A stretch of DNA of 64,000 nt from Candidatus Omnitrophota bacterium (GCA_043814965.1 JBDRJN010000003.1:136677-200676), one strand, 5' to 3'. Numbered from the stretch's first letter, positions 11,001 through 21,077 are shown. Translations and numbers: made by a program. The notes: generated by a model not told the origin, from the sequence alone.

Positions 11001-11867
11001 TTACTGTTTTTTTACGCCATCTTTTGCAACCGATAGGATCATCTTCTCTCCTTTTTGCCCAGGAGAGCCCAAGGCCTTGTTATCAAGTTTTAAAAGCACT
11101 GCGCCAGCGTTGCCGACTTTTACTTTTATGGATCTTTCTGCATGCCAGGTGTTTTTTTCATCTTTTTTTAGTATCCCCCTGTACTGCAGCTTATCATCGC
11201 TTACTACTTCCAGCCATACATTGTACCTGGCAAATATCTCAAAATCAAAGTCTGTCTCTATCTTGATCGGTTCTTCTTTAGGTTTCTCGGGTTCTGGGGC
11301 TGGGGTCTCTAAGACAGGTTTTGCTGGTTCCCCTGGAACTTCTTTTGCAAGGGCTGCTTCTTTGGGTTTGATACCTACGAGTTTTTCTTTTTTGACTTCT
11401 TTTTTGTCTTCCTTGGCCAGGGCTCTTTTATAAGCCATCTTTTCCCTGTAGGCGATCAGTGGTTTCCCAGCTATATTCTTTATGCCTAATATACCTAAAA
11501 ATAATATCCATATACCGACTATCGTGACAAATCCTGTCAATAACTGCTGTTTATGGGACGTAAACCAGACAAATAAGGCCCTTGGCTCTACTGGGGGGCG
11601 GGCTTTTATCTCTAAAATAGGGTCGTCTTTTTTGGGTACAGTTTCCAGAAAATCTTTTACAGCCTTTTCATTCTCTGCTCCCAAAAACTTGGAATAAGAC
11701 CTTACAAAATTTCTTGTATAAAAAGCCGACGCTATCTCGCTAAGCCTGTTCTCCTCTATCTTCATGAGGATGTCTTTTGTGATACGGGTCCTCTCTGCCG
11801 CATCTTCCAGAGAAAGATCCTTTGACTCTCTTATATTTCTTAAGACATCCCCCAGGACTTCTGCCAT
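11001..11867 (-). CDS. rodZ: RodZ-like protein (HTH, TM, C-terminal DUF4115-like)
   Basis: N-terminal XRE HTH with FVRSYSKFLG, one TM helix, KVGNAGAV C-terminus; between ftsK and rimO. Confidence 0.8.
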   Translation of the reverse strand: MAEVLGDVLRNIRESKDLSLEDAAERTRITKDILMKIEENRLSEIASAFYTRNFVRSYSKFLGAENEKAVKDFLETVPKKDDPILEIKARPPVEPRALFVWFTSHKQQLLTGFVTIVGIWILFLGILGIKNIAGKPLIAYREKMAYKRALAKEDKKEVKKEKLVGIKPKEAALAKEVPGEPAKPVLETPAPEPEKPKEEPIKIETDFDFEIFARYNVWLEVVSDDKLQYRGILKKDEKNTWHAERSIKVKVGNAGAVLLKLDNKALGSPGQKGEKMILSVAKDGVKKQ

Positions 11868-11872
11868 TTATG

Positions 11873-14074
11873 CTATTCCTCTTGCGAGACTTCGTCTGCT
11901 TCTGTCTTATACTCTTTTATAAGTATCTCTCTTGGTTTACTGCCTCTATAAGAACCTACTATTCCTTCCTCTTCCATGGCATCTATAAGCCTCGCGGCCC
12001 TGGTATAGCCCAGACGAAGCCTTCTCTGAAGCATTGATACAGATGCCTGTCCTGTTTCCATGACCATCTTTACAGCTTCATCAAAATATTCGTCCTTTTC
12101 AAATCCAGCTTTTCCAGTAACACTCTTTTTTTGCTGTTCGAGGATCTCATCATCATAAAAAGGCTCTCTTTGTTCCTTTATAAAATTCACTACCTTCTCT
12201 ATCTCTATGTCTGAGAGTAATGTACCCTGCGCCCTTATAGGCTTTGCATTTCCCGGCTGCATGAACAGCATATCGCCTTTCCCCAGCAGTTTATCAGCGC
12301 CATTCATATCAAGGACAGTTCTCGAATCTACTTTTGAAGCTACCTTAAATGATATCCTCGCTGGAAAATTCGCCTTGATGACCCCTGTCACTACATCTAC
12401 TGACGGCCTCTGTGTTGCCAAGATTATATGTATACCTACAGCTCTTGAGAGCTGGGCAAGCCTGGTAATAGCATTTTCTACATCCTGCTGCGCTATCATC
12501 ATCAGATCCGCCAGTTCATCTATGATCACGACTATATAAGGAAGCCTTTCTTCGTTTTCTACTTTTTTATTGAACGCGTCTATGTTTCTAACTGAAAGTT
12601 TTGCGAGTTTCTTGTATCTCTCTTCCATCTCATTGACTACCCATGCCAAGGCGCCCGCGGCTTTTTTAGAATCAGTCACCACTGGGCAAAGCAAATGCGG
12701 CAGCCCGTTATAGATAGCCAGCTCCACCATCTTTGGGTCTACCATGATAAACTTCAGCTCATCCGGCGTAGCATTGTATATCATACTCATTATAAGTGAA
12801 TTTACGCAAACTGTCTTGCCAGACCCTGTAGTGCCGGCAATAAGTAAATGCGGCATATCCCCAAGATCAGTTACAACGCTCTTGCCTGATATATCTTTTC
12901 CCAGGGCCATTGTAAGCTTTGATAGCTTTGCTTTTTTCTGGTATTCGCTGGACTCCAGTATCTCTCTCAAGGAAACAAGAGAACTGCTTTGGTTTGGGAC
13001 CTCTATGCCAACAGCGGATTTTCCAGGGATAGGCGCGACTATCCTGACAGTAGTAGCCTTCATCGTGAGCGCGATATCATCACTTAAAGAAGTGATCCTA
13101 TTGACCTTTACGCCAGGGGCTGGCTGAAGCTCGTATCTGGTGATAACAGGCCCCTTGCTTACATCCACCACTTTTGCCTCTATACTGAAATCCCTCAGGG
13201 TATCCTCTAATATCCTGGAAGAAGCTTCCAGGTCTTCATCTATCAATATTCCTGGATCAGATAAACCTATCTCCAAGAGATCCAGCGGCGGCATATTGTA
13301 GTCTCCGACAACCCTGGGCTCTATCTTGATAGGTTTTTTAGGAGCTGGCTTGGGAGCCAATTTTATCCTGGGCATAGATATCTTTGGCGCCTGACTCGGT
13401 TCTTCCTCTATATCAACCCCACCTAGCCCCTTTGGCTTTTTATCTACTTTGACTGCTGGTTTCAATCTTGGCCTTGGTCTAAGAGAAAGTATCTTCTCAG
13501 TGACTAATTTTTTCTCGAGCCTTTTTACCTTAAGGTCTTTTATCAGATTCCACATACGCAGTACCAGGAAAGATGCGAGAGGCACTAGCAAAAATTCCGT
13601 GACGAGTAGAAGCGCCAATACGCTCAACGCAAAAGTCACTATATATCCACCGACTACTCCTATATATTTAAGGAGCAAACTCGATGCAAGATAACCCAAC
13701 AAACCTCCTCTTTCCACCATCAATACAGAGTCTTCGCCTCCTGTCAGGCTGAATAAACTAGCTGAAGAAGAAAAGAAAAGCATGAGCCCCAATATCCTCA
13801 CACCTATCCTCTGCTCAAACCTCTCGGCAAGTATCCCTATACCCCACACAAGGCATAAAAATGGCACAAAAAACCCAGCATAACCTACGGCCTTGAAGAT
13901 AAACCAGGCAATATGCGCTCCGACAATACCTGTATAGTTCCTTATGTGTAAGTTTGGAGTTGAAGTCTCAAAGCCGATATCATAGGGAGAGTACGAGAAC
14001 ATTGCGGCAAGCAAAAATACCATCAGTGTAAATAGTCCCAGCGATTTTATAAGGTCGAATTTGTCTCTTTTCAT
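11873..14074 (-). CDS. ftsK: DNA translocase FtsK/SpoIIIE
   Basis: N-terminal TMs, HLLIAGTTGSGKT, DELADLM, ATQRPS, gamma domain LQRRLRLGYTRAARL. Confidence 0.97.
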   Translation of the reverse strand: MKRDKFDLIKSLGLFTLMVFLLAAMFSYSPYDIGFETSTPNLHIRNYTGIVGAHIAWFIFKAVGYAGFFVPFLCLVWGIGILAERFEQRIGVRILGLMLFFSSSASLFSLTGGEDSVLMVERGGLLGYLASSLLLKYIGVVGGYIVTFALSVLALLLVTEFLLVPLASFLVLRMWNLIKDLKVKRLEKKLVTEKILSLRPRPRLKPAVKVDKKPKGLGGVDIEEEPSQAPKISMPRIKLAPKPAPKKPIKIEPRVVGDYNMPPLDLLEIGLSDPGILIDEDLEASSRILEDTLRDFSIEAKVVDVSKGPVITRYELQPAPGVKVNRITSLSDDIALTMKATTVRIVAPIPGKSAVGIEVPNQSSSLVSLREILESSEYQKKAKLSKLTMALGKDISGKSVVTDLGDMPHLLIAGTTGSGKTVCVNSLIMSMIYNATPDELKFIMVDPKMVELAIYNGLPHLLCPVVTDSKKAAGALAWVVNEMEERYKKLAKLSVRNIDAFNKKVENEERLPYIVVIIDELADLMMIAQQDVENAITRLAQLSRAVGIHIILATQRPSVDVVTGVIKANFPARISFKVASKVDSRTVLDMNGADKLLGKGDMLFMQPGNAKPIRAQGTLLSDIEIEKVVNFIKEQREPFYDDEILEQQKKSVTGKAGFEKDEYFDEAVKMVMETGQASVSMLQRRLRLGYTRAARLIDAMEEEGIVGSYRGSKPREILIKEYKTEADEVSQEE

Positions 14075-14811
14075 AAGAATATAAGTACCAGCATCCCAGC
14101 TATAATACAGTAAAAACCGAATATATAAAGCTTGTTTTTATAAAGCACCTTTAATAATAATCTTAATGAAAATATCCCCACGATACAAGATGTAATAAAT
14201 CCAAATATATAATTTATGCTAAAACCCTCCAAGCCGCCTTGCTTTACTTTGAGTATAAAAGCGCCTACTATAGCAGGGATACTAAGTAAAAATGAAAATC
14301 TCACCGCAGAATTAGGAGATAGCCCCAGGAACATCGCAGTAGATATCGTAGCCCCGCTTCTAGAGATACCAGGTATAGCCGCTATCCCCTGGCTAATACC
14401 TACGATGACAGACTTGATCCCCGATAGAGTCTCTCCGCCAAACCTTACGAATACTCCTACAAAAAGCCAAACACCAGTAAGTACAAGCATCACACCTACT
14501 AATTTTACATCGCTAAATACACGCTCTATACCCTTGCCAAATATAACCACAAATACCCCTGTAACTAGCGTTGCTATCAATAGATGTATGATATTCCTTT
14601 TTCTTATTGTAAATAGGTCCACTATATCTCTTGCAAACACTATGACTATGGCTAAAAGTGTCCCTAGGTGAAGGAATATATCGAATAAGATCTGAGGTTC
14701 TTTCAGGCCAAATAGATTATGCAGGATAACCAGGTGCCCTGAGCTTGATATAGGAAGGAATTCTGTTAAACCCTGGATAATGCCGGAAAGTACAGCCTCT
14801 AAAAAATTCAT
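14071..14811 (-). CDS. uppP: Undecaprenyl-diphosphate phosphatase
   Basis: QGLTEFLPISSSGH, PGISRSG. Confidence 0.95.
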   Translation of the reverse strand: MNFLEAVLSGIIQGLTEFLPISSSGHLVILHNLFGLKEPQILFDIFLHLGTLLAIVIVFARDIVDLFTIRKRNIIHLLIATLVTGVFVVIFGKGIERVFSDVKLVGVMLVLTGVWLFVGVFVRFGGETLSGIKSVIVGISQGIAAIPGISRSGATISTAMFLGLSPNSAVRFSFLLSIPAIVGAFILKVKQGGLEGFSINYIFGFITSCIVGIFSLRLLLKVLYKNKLYIFGFYCIIAGMLVLIFL

Positions 14812-14903
14812 GATTCGTAATGTGTGATGCGTAATAAGTAACCTTGCTCTGTAGCCCCCTGCCTGCCGGCAGTCAGGCGTTACCCTTAACCCATTACCCG
14901 TTT

Positions 14904-16976
14904 TTATTCCTGAGCTTGCTTCATGCTAAGGTTGAGCCTGCCCATCTCATCTATCTTTACCAGCTTTACCTTAACCTTATCTCCGACCTTGACAACATCC
15001 TCTACATTCTTTACAAAACCATTCTTTAATTCAGAGACATGCACCAGGCCTTCTCTGCCTGGAAATATCTCACAAAACGCCCCAAAATTCATTATACGGG
15101 TAATAGTGCCATCAAAGATCGTGCCGGGCTCAAGTTCTCCTGCAATACCCTTGACTGCTTCAACAGCCCTTCTGATAGCTTCTTCTTTGTCAGACGAGAT
15201 AGCTACTTTACCATCATCGTCCACTTCGATAGTCGCGCCTGTCTCCTTGATGATCTTTTTTATTATCTTGCCTCCAGGGCCTATAAGATCCCTTATCTTA
15301 TCTTTATCGATCATGAGAGTAATGATCTTTGGCGCATAAGCTGAAAGGTCTTTTCTGGGCTTGTCTATAGCCTCTGCCATCTTATCAAGGATAAATTTCC
15401 TCGCAGGCTTAGTATGCTCCATTATCTCTTTTATCAGATCAATAGAGATACCATCTATCTTCAGGTCCATCTGAAGCGCAGTAAGCCCATCCTCTGTGCC
15501 AGCTGCTTTAAAATCCATATCCCCGAAATGGTCCTCTGAACCTGCTATATCTGTCAGTATCGCGTATTTATCTTTTTCCTTTACCAAGCCCATTGCAATA
15601 CCTGATACAGGTTTTTTGATAGGCACCCCTGCATCCATAAGTGAAAGTGTACTTGCGCACACTGTTGCCATAGAGCTAGAACCATTGGACTCCAGTATCT
15701 CTGATACGATCCTTATGGTATACGGGAACTCTTCGGATTGAGGTATGACTGCCTTTAAAGCCTTTTCAGCTAATGCGCCATGCCCTATCTCACGCCTTCC
15801 AGGGCCTCTGGCAGGGCCTACCTCTCCCACGCTAAAAGCTGGAAAATTATAATGCAGCATGAAGGTCTTGAATCTTTCACCTTCGAGCGCATCCAATCTC
15901 TGCTCATCCTGGCTTGTGCCAAGAGTTGTTGTAGACAGGCTCTGCGTCTCGCCTCTTGTAAATAAACCCGAACCATGGGTCCTGGGCAGTACCCCTACTT
16001 CACAAGCAATAGGCCTTATCTCGGTGTAAGGCCTGCCGTCTGTCCTCTTCGAGTTGCCCAATATGTATTTTCGGATCTCTTCTTTCTCTACCTTATATAA
16101 AGCGTTCTTAATATCTATGTCTTCGAGTGTTTCATCTTCTTTTTTTAATTTTTCCATGACCTCTTTGCCAAGAGCTATCCTCTCCTCGGTCCTTTTTTCT
16201 TTTGTAGGCAATGCGCTGATCTTCTGGATCTCTTTTGCAGCAATATGCTTTACCTTTTCATAGAGTTCTTTTTTGACTGTCTTTAGTTCTGGTTTGAGTT
16301 TTTCCCTGCCGCATTTTTTCTGAAGCTCTTCCTGCAATGCTATAGTATCAGCAATATGCTTTTGGGCAAATTCTATTGCTTCAAGCATCTTTTCTTCAGA
16401 TATCTCATTAGCCCCTGCCTCGATCATGACTACTTTATCTTTTGTACCTACCATGACCAGATTGAGTTCGCTTTTTTCCAGTTCCTGGAAAGTAGGGTTC
16501 ACTATAAATTCATTATCTATAAGCCCTATCTTTACAGCTCCTATCGGGCCTAAGAACGGTATATCTGATATTGTCAACGCTGCTGATGCCCCGACCAAGG
16601 CTGGTATATCAGAGTCATTTGCCCCATCGCTTGACAGCACTGTAGCGAACACCTGCACATCATTTGTATACCCGTCAGGGAAAAGCGGCCTTATGGGCCT
16701 GTCTATGAGGCGGGCAGTAAGTATCTCTTTTTCTGTGGGACGGCCTTCTCTCTTAAAGTAACCTCCAGGGATCCTGCCTGCCGCGTATGTCTTTTCCTTG
16801 TACTCGACTATCAGAGGAAAAAAATCTATCCCCTCCTTGGCCTCTTTTGAACATACTGCTGTCACCAGCACCACGGTCCCGCCATACTGCACGCACACTG
16901 CGCCATTAGCCTGTTTTGCAAGCTTGCCTGTTTCTATTATTAAATTCTCTCTTCCTATTCCTTTTTCAACTTTCAT
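14904..16976 (-). CDS. pnp: Polyribonucleotide nucleotidyltransferase
   Basis: Two RNase PH domains (RREIGHG, GDMDFK), KH and S1 domains; follows rpsO. Confidence 0.98.
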   Translation of the reverse strand: MKVEKGIGRENLIIETGKLAKQANGAVCVQYGGTVVLVTAVCSKEAKEGIDFFPLIVEYKEKTYAAGRIPGGYFKREGRPTEKEILTARLIDRPIRPLFPDGYTNDVQVFATVLSSDGANDSDIPALVGASAALTISDIPFLGPIGAVKIGLIDNEFIVNPTFQELEKSELNLVMVGTKDKVVMIEAGANEISEEKMLEAIEFAQKHIADTIALQEELQKKCGREKLKPELKTVKKELYEKVKHIAAKEIQKISALPTKEKRTEERIALGKEVMEKLKKEDETLEDIDIKNALYKVEKEEIRKYILGNSKRTDGRPYTEIRPIACEVGVLPRTHGSGLFTRGETQSLSTTTLGTSQDEQRLDALEGERFKTFMLHYNFPAFSVGEVGPARGPGRREIGHGALAEKALKAVIPQSEEFPYTIRIVSEILESNGSSSMATVCASTLSLMDAGVPIKKPVSGIAMGLVKEKDKYAILTDIAGSEDHFGDMDFKAAGTEDGLTALQMDLKIDGISIDLIKEIMEHTKPARKFILDKMAEAIDKPRKDLSAYAPKIITLMIDKDKIRDLIGPGGKIIKKIIKETGATIEVDDDGKVAISSDKEEAIRRAVEAVKGIAGELEPGTIFDGTITRIMNFGAFCEIFPGREGLVHVSELKNGFVKNVEDVVKVGDKVKVKLVKIDEMGRLNLSMKQAQE

Positions 16977-17009
16977 AACGACTCCTTTTAGATTGCTTTA
17001 TAGTAAAAA

Positions 17010-17077
17010 AAGCGGATCTTAAAGACTTTCTTCGTGAGCGATTTAAATCCAAAAAAAGTCCTTAAAAAAATCCGCTT
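17010..17077 (-). promoter_or_regulatory. Long imperfect stem-loop in rpsO-pnp intergenic region
   Basis: aagcggat...gacttt pairs with aaagtc...atccgctt. Confidence 0.5.
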
Positions 17078-17079
17078 CT

Positions 17080-17349
17080 TTACTTCTTTAGATTTAGTTT
17101 TTCTATGAGATCCCTGTATTTACTGACATCTTCTCTTTTTAAATATTCCAAGAGCCTTTTTCTCTGGCTTACCAAGCGCAATAACCCTACCCTTGAAGCA
17201 AAATCTTTTCTATGGACCTTAAAGTGTTCTGTAAGGCCGTTGATCCTGTCCGTAAGCAGCGCTACCTGGACACTGCATGAACCCGTGTCCTTTTCATGCT
17301 GAGAAAAATCTCTGATGATCTCTGACTTTTGTCTTATTTGTAGTACCAT
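17080..17349 (-). CDS. rpsO: 30S ribosomal protein S15
   Basis: [20 protein letters not shown]; ATG at 17349 follows GGAGG and gives 89 aa. Confidence 0.97.
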   Translation of the reverse strand: MVLQIRQKSEIIRDFSQHEKDTGSCSVQVALLTDRINGLTEHFKVHRKDFASRVGLLRLVSQRKRLLEYLKREDVSKYRDLIEKLNLKK

Positions 17350-17369
17350 TTTCTCCTCCACAATGCAAA

Positions 17370-17398
17370 ATTATACTATTTATAACACGCTACGTCAA
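17370..17398 (-). promoter_or_regulatory. Sigma70 promoter of rpsO-pnp
   Basis: Minus strand TTGACG-17 nt-TATAAT. Confidence 0.75.
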
Positions 17399-17430
17399 GC
17401 ATTTCTTTATATTATTATACAACCCTAATC

Positions 17431-17486
17431 GTAGGGGAGCCTTACCTGTCCTCCGTAGCTTTAGCGGAGGAGGAAGGCTCCCCTAC
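17431..17486. repeat. REP-like palindrome with nested hairpin element
   Basis: gtaggggagcctt...aaggctcccctac enclosing cctccgtagctttagcggagg; overlaps GT2 stop codon. Confidence 0.7.
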
Positions 17487-18449
17487 CACTCCCTTAAACA
17501 TTACATTTTTTATATTAACATAAGCCATATAGGTCATAAGTAAAATATCATAGCTCAATATAAAAGGAGAGTTTATTAAATAATTTTTAAAAGTATCGTT
17601 TTTCCTCATACATAAGTAGCGGTTCTTGATATATTCTTCTTTTAGTTCATCCGATAAGTAGGGGAGGCTTAAGCCTCCCCTACGATCTTTATCAGCTCCT
17701 CTAACCGCTGTCCCGCCACGTCTATGATACGCTACAGCCTTAGGAGTGTAATATGCTTTCCATCCTGCCCTGGCTGCTCTCCAGGATACATCAAGGTCTT
17801 CGTAGTACATCCTGAACCTTCTGTCAAAATATCCGTATTGGTCCTTTATATCCTCAAGCATACTTTTTCTATAAAATGCGCACGCCCCGCTCACGCCAAA
17901 TATATATTCTTCTTTATCATACTGCCCCGTACCCCGTAACCCGTAACCCGTAACCCTTTTCCCGTATCCCCTCTCGACAGGCTTTCTATTTCTTCCCAGC
18001 ATTAGTCCAGTTGAATCGATTGTGGACTTATCTTCCCGCAAGATCTTCCCTGACACCATACCGATGCTATCATCCTTACCTATTGCGCACGAAACTTCCT
18101 TTAAATAATCTTTATCCAGATATACATCATTATTGATGCAAAGTATGAATTTTCCCGAAGATCTTTTTATGCCTTCGTTATATGCTTTAGAAAAAAATAA
18201 GTTAGTTGTATTTTGAATAAGCTTTGCTTCAGGGAAATGCGTCCGCACCATCTCTACACTATTATCAGTGGAGGCATTATCTACTACAATTAATTCTATT
18301 TGTTTACCCGCATTGTTCTGTTTATCCGCATTACTCTGTTTATCCGTATTGTAGGGGAGGCTTAAGCCTCCCCTACAAGCTTTTACAGATTCCAGGCATC
18401 GCTTCAATAGATCCGCTTTATTATAATTTACAACTATTACTGATATCAT
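17442..18449 (-). CDS. Glycosyltransferase family 2 with in-frame repeat insertions
   Basis: ISVIVVNYN, VVDNASTD, NND, YYEDLD; inserted RGGLSLPY twice. Confidence 0.88.
   Translation of the reverse strand: MISVIVVNYNKADLLKRCLESVKACRGGLSLPYNTDKQSNADKQNNAGKQIELIVVDNASTDNSVEMVRTHFPEAKLIQNTTNLFFSKAYNEGIKRSSGKFILCINNDVYLDKDYLKEVSCAIGKDDSIGMVSGKILREDKSTIDSTGLMLGRNRKPVERGYGKRVTGYGLRGTGQYDKEEYIFGVSGACAFYRKSMLEDIKDQYGYFDRRFRMYYEDLDVSWRAARAGWKAYYTPKAVAYHRRGGTAVRGADKDRRGGLSLPYLSDELKEEYIKNRYLCMRKNDTFKNYLINSPFILSYDILLMTYMAYVNIKNVMFKGVVGEPSSSAKATEDR
17658..17683. repeat. REP-like palindrome inside GT2 CDS (copy A)
   Basis: gtaggggaggcttaagcctcccctac. Confidence 0.85.
18351..18376. repeat. REP-like palindrome inside GT2 CDS (copy B)
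   Basis: Identical to 17658..17683. Confidence 0.85.
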
Positions 18450-18483
18450 CTGTTGTGCCTTAATTTTTATACCTCATATAAAT

Positions 18484-18509
18484 GTAGGGCAGGTTTCAAC
18501 CTGCCCTAC
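18484..18509. repeat. GTAG-type REP-like palindrome
   Basis: gtagggcaggtttcaacctgccctac. Confidence 0.75.
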
Positions 18510-18531
18510 ATCACACAGTCCTTCAATAAAC

Positions 18532-20307
18532 CTATGTTAAAACCTTATCCTCTGTCTGATCTCTAAATAAATCCTGGAATTCTTTATTATTGCCAAGGAG
18601 TTCTTCTACATTGCCGATCACCATCTCTCCTGAACTATTCAAAAAATACACTAGCTCTGACCGTTTTACAGTAGATAAGCGGTGGGAGACGCTGATAAGC
18701 GTGATATCCTTAGCATATCCCCTGATATTCTCTATTATCCTATCTTCACTCAGGGAATCCATGGAAGCAAATGCCTCATCAAGTATTAAGATCTTTGGCT
18801 TTTTTATAAGCGCGCGCGCAATAGCTATCTTCTGCTTTTGTCCTTCTGATATCTTACATGCATTTTCACCGATTATTGTTTCATACTTATCATGCAGCTT
18901 TTCAGTAAACTCATCTACCAGGGCTATCTTAGCGCACTTTATAACATCTTCAAAGCTAGCCAGGTTATTTCCATAAAGGATATTATTTTTTATGCTATCA
19001 TTAAAGAGGTTCGGCTCCTGCAGCGCCATTCCAATACTATTTTTAAGCGAATTTAGGGACACATCCCTAATATTTTGCCCATCTATTATTATCTCGCCTC
19101 CATCGACCTCGTACAGCCTGGCGATCAGATTCAGGATCGTGGTCTTACCCTGCCCTGAAGGCCCAGCCAAGCTAATGTGCGTTCCCCCTTTTATCTTAAG
19201 ATCGAGGCCTTTTAAAATAAGTTGATCTTTCGAGTATCCAAAATTTACTTTTTTAAATTCTATCTCGCCTTTAGTTACAATAATATATTTTGCGTCTTCC
19301 CTGTCTGCTATCTCCTCTTTTTCATTCAAGATATTCTCTACTCTCTCACATGATACAAGGCCCAGGACAGTGCTTTGAAAAAACGATATAAAGCCGTATT
19401 GCATGTTCACTAGCTGGCCTAGATACACCAGGATCGCTGTGAGAGTGCCAAAGCTTATCTCACCTCTTATCACATGATAGCCTCCATAAAATGTAATAAG
19501 CCCTATTATGACCTTATCCAATACTTTGGCTGAAAACCCGCTAAAGATATCTAGTTTTGTACTGCTTTTTTCTAGCTCAATATTGTTTTTTAAGATGTTT
19601 AGGTATTTTTCTTTTTCATCTTTTTCCTTGCCAAATACCTTTATTAAATACGAGTGAGAAAAACTCTCCTGCAGGAATTTAAATATGCTTTGAGAGCACT
19701 CTATTAGCTTCTCCCAGATCGATCTACGTTTTTTGATAAAATAATACGGCCCTATATAAAGGAATGGCGCTAAAAAAAGTGAAAATAACGCTATCTTCCA
19801 GTTTAGCTTTAATATAATAATAAATATAAAAGCAATCCTAGGGAAAAGCATCACTGCCTTTGGGGGGATGCTTGTAATAAGCGTATTTACCCTATCTATA
19901 TCGCTGCTTATCTTATAGATATTTTCACCTGTTGATCTATCTCTAAACCATGCGAGAGACAACTTATTGATCTTACTAAACACCGCATTATTTAGGCTGT
20001 ATTTGACATCCAGGCTTACTTTTTTCTCTAGATATTCCTTGAGACCTTCTATCGCGCCAAGCGCAATAAATACCAATATCCCTAGGCTAGCAAGCAGCAC
20101 AAACTGCCTCAGGTCTTTTTTTATTATCCCTTCATCAACTATTAGTTTTGTTATATATGGATTTACTACGCTTAATAAGCTCCAGAAACTACCTAATAAG
20201 ATTATTAAAACCCACTTTGCCTTGTGAGGCAGGATAAGCCTTACAAATCTAAAAAAAAGCTGGGTCTGACTTTTTGCCTGATCAAGTTTTGGCTGGAATT
20301 TTCTCAT
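18532..20307 (-). CDS. ABC exporter, fused TMD-NBD, no peptidase domain
   Basis: N-terminal TM domain, Walker A GPSGQGKTT, signature ISEGQKQ, Walker B ILILDE, SHRL. Confidence 0.93.
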   Translation of the reverse strand: MRKFQPKLDQAKSQTQLFFRFVRLILPHKAKWVLIILLGSFWSLLSVVNPYITKLIVDEGIIKKDLRQFVLLASLGILVFIALGAIEGLKEYLEKKVSLDVKYSLNNAVFSKINKLSLAWFRDRSTGENIYKISSDIDRVNTLITSIPPKAVMLFPRIAFIFIIILKLNWKIALFSLFLAPFLYIGPYYFIKKRRSIWEKLIECSQSIFKFLQESFSHSYLIKVFGKEKDEKEKYLNILKNNIELEKSSTKLDIFSGFSAKVLDKVIIGLITFYGGYHVIRGEISFGTLTAILVYLGQLVNMQYGFISFFQSTVLGLVSCERVENILNEKEEIADREDAKYIIVTKGEIEFKKVNFGYSKDQLILKGLDLKIKGGTHISLAGPSGQGKTTILNLIARLYEVDGGEIIIDGQNIRDVSLNSLKNSIGMALQEPNLFNDSIKNNILYGNNLASFEDVIKCAKIALVDEFTEKLHDKYETIIGENACKISEGQKQKIAIARALIKKPKILILDEAFASMDSLSEDRIIENIRGYAKDITLISVSHRLSTVKRSELVYFLNSSGEMVIGNVEELLGNNKEFQDLFRDQTEDKVLT

Positions 20308-21077
20308 TTCATGCTTTTTATATACTCACAAAAATACAGCACCTTCTTTGAATCGCTTGGTTTAAATAAAAAAGGTTCTACATCTTTTGACAAGTGTTTA
20401 AAATCCAACTTTTTACATTTTAATAAAAGTTTCTCTTTTAACTCATCTATATCCTTAATGCCTGGCTTCGCTCTTAAATAATCAAAATTAGGCCTTGCCT
20501 TGCCAAAAAGATAAATGGCATCATAAAAATCCCTCCCCATTGCGCGCTTACGTTTAAGGATAGCATATATCTTTTGCGCCAGCAATATGTCAGGCGGCAC
20601 TATATTTATCCGCAAAAATACGTCAAATTTATTTATAATAACTTTGTCAGGGGCATAATCAAAATTCTGGGGTTCAGCATCTAGCTGGATTAGTATCTTT
20701 TCCTCTTTATGCCAGGATAATCCACTTTCAAAAAGTACATTCGGGATCCTTAAATAAGCCCTGTAAGCGCCTTTAAAAACATTCCTGGCCTCTGATATAT
20801 ATCCCTGTAAGGCCAATTGCCTTTTTACTAACCCTGCCAATCGCTCAAATTCTCTTTTATTTAGCCCTAGATTATCAAAATCCAAATCTTCTGAAAACCT
20901 TGTGTTTGAATGTATAATGCGTATAGCTGTCCCTCCCATAAAAGAGAGTTTCCCCCCAAATCTTGAATTAAAAATAATCTCGAGTATTTTATACTGCAGG
21001 TATTCGCGTAGTAAATTTCTCTTAAAAACCTTAAGATATTCAGGATAAAAAGACTCTATCTCTCTTATATCAAGCAT
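20304..21077 (-). CDS. AbiEii/AbiGii-family nucleotidyltransferase (type IV TA toxin-like)
   Basis: FMGGTAIR...RFSEDLDF, K...RDFYD. Confidence 0.88.
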   Translation of the reverse strand: MLDIREIESFYPEYLKVFKRNLLREYLQYKILEIIFNSRFGGKLSFMGGTAIRIIHSNTRFSEDLDFDNLGLNKREFERLAGLVKRQLALQGYISEARNVFKGAYRAYLRIPNVLFESGLSWHKEEKILIQLDAEPQNFDYAPDKVIINKFDVFLRINIVPPDILLAQKIYAILKRKRAMGRDFYDAIYLFGKARPNFDYLRAKPGIKDIDELKEKLLLKCKKLDFKHLSKDVEPFLFKPSDSKKVLYFCEYIKSMK

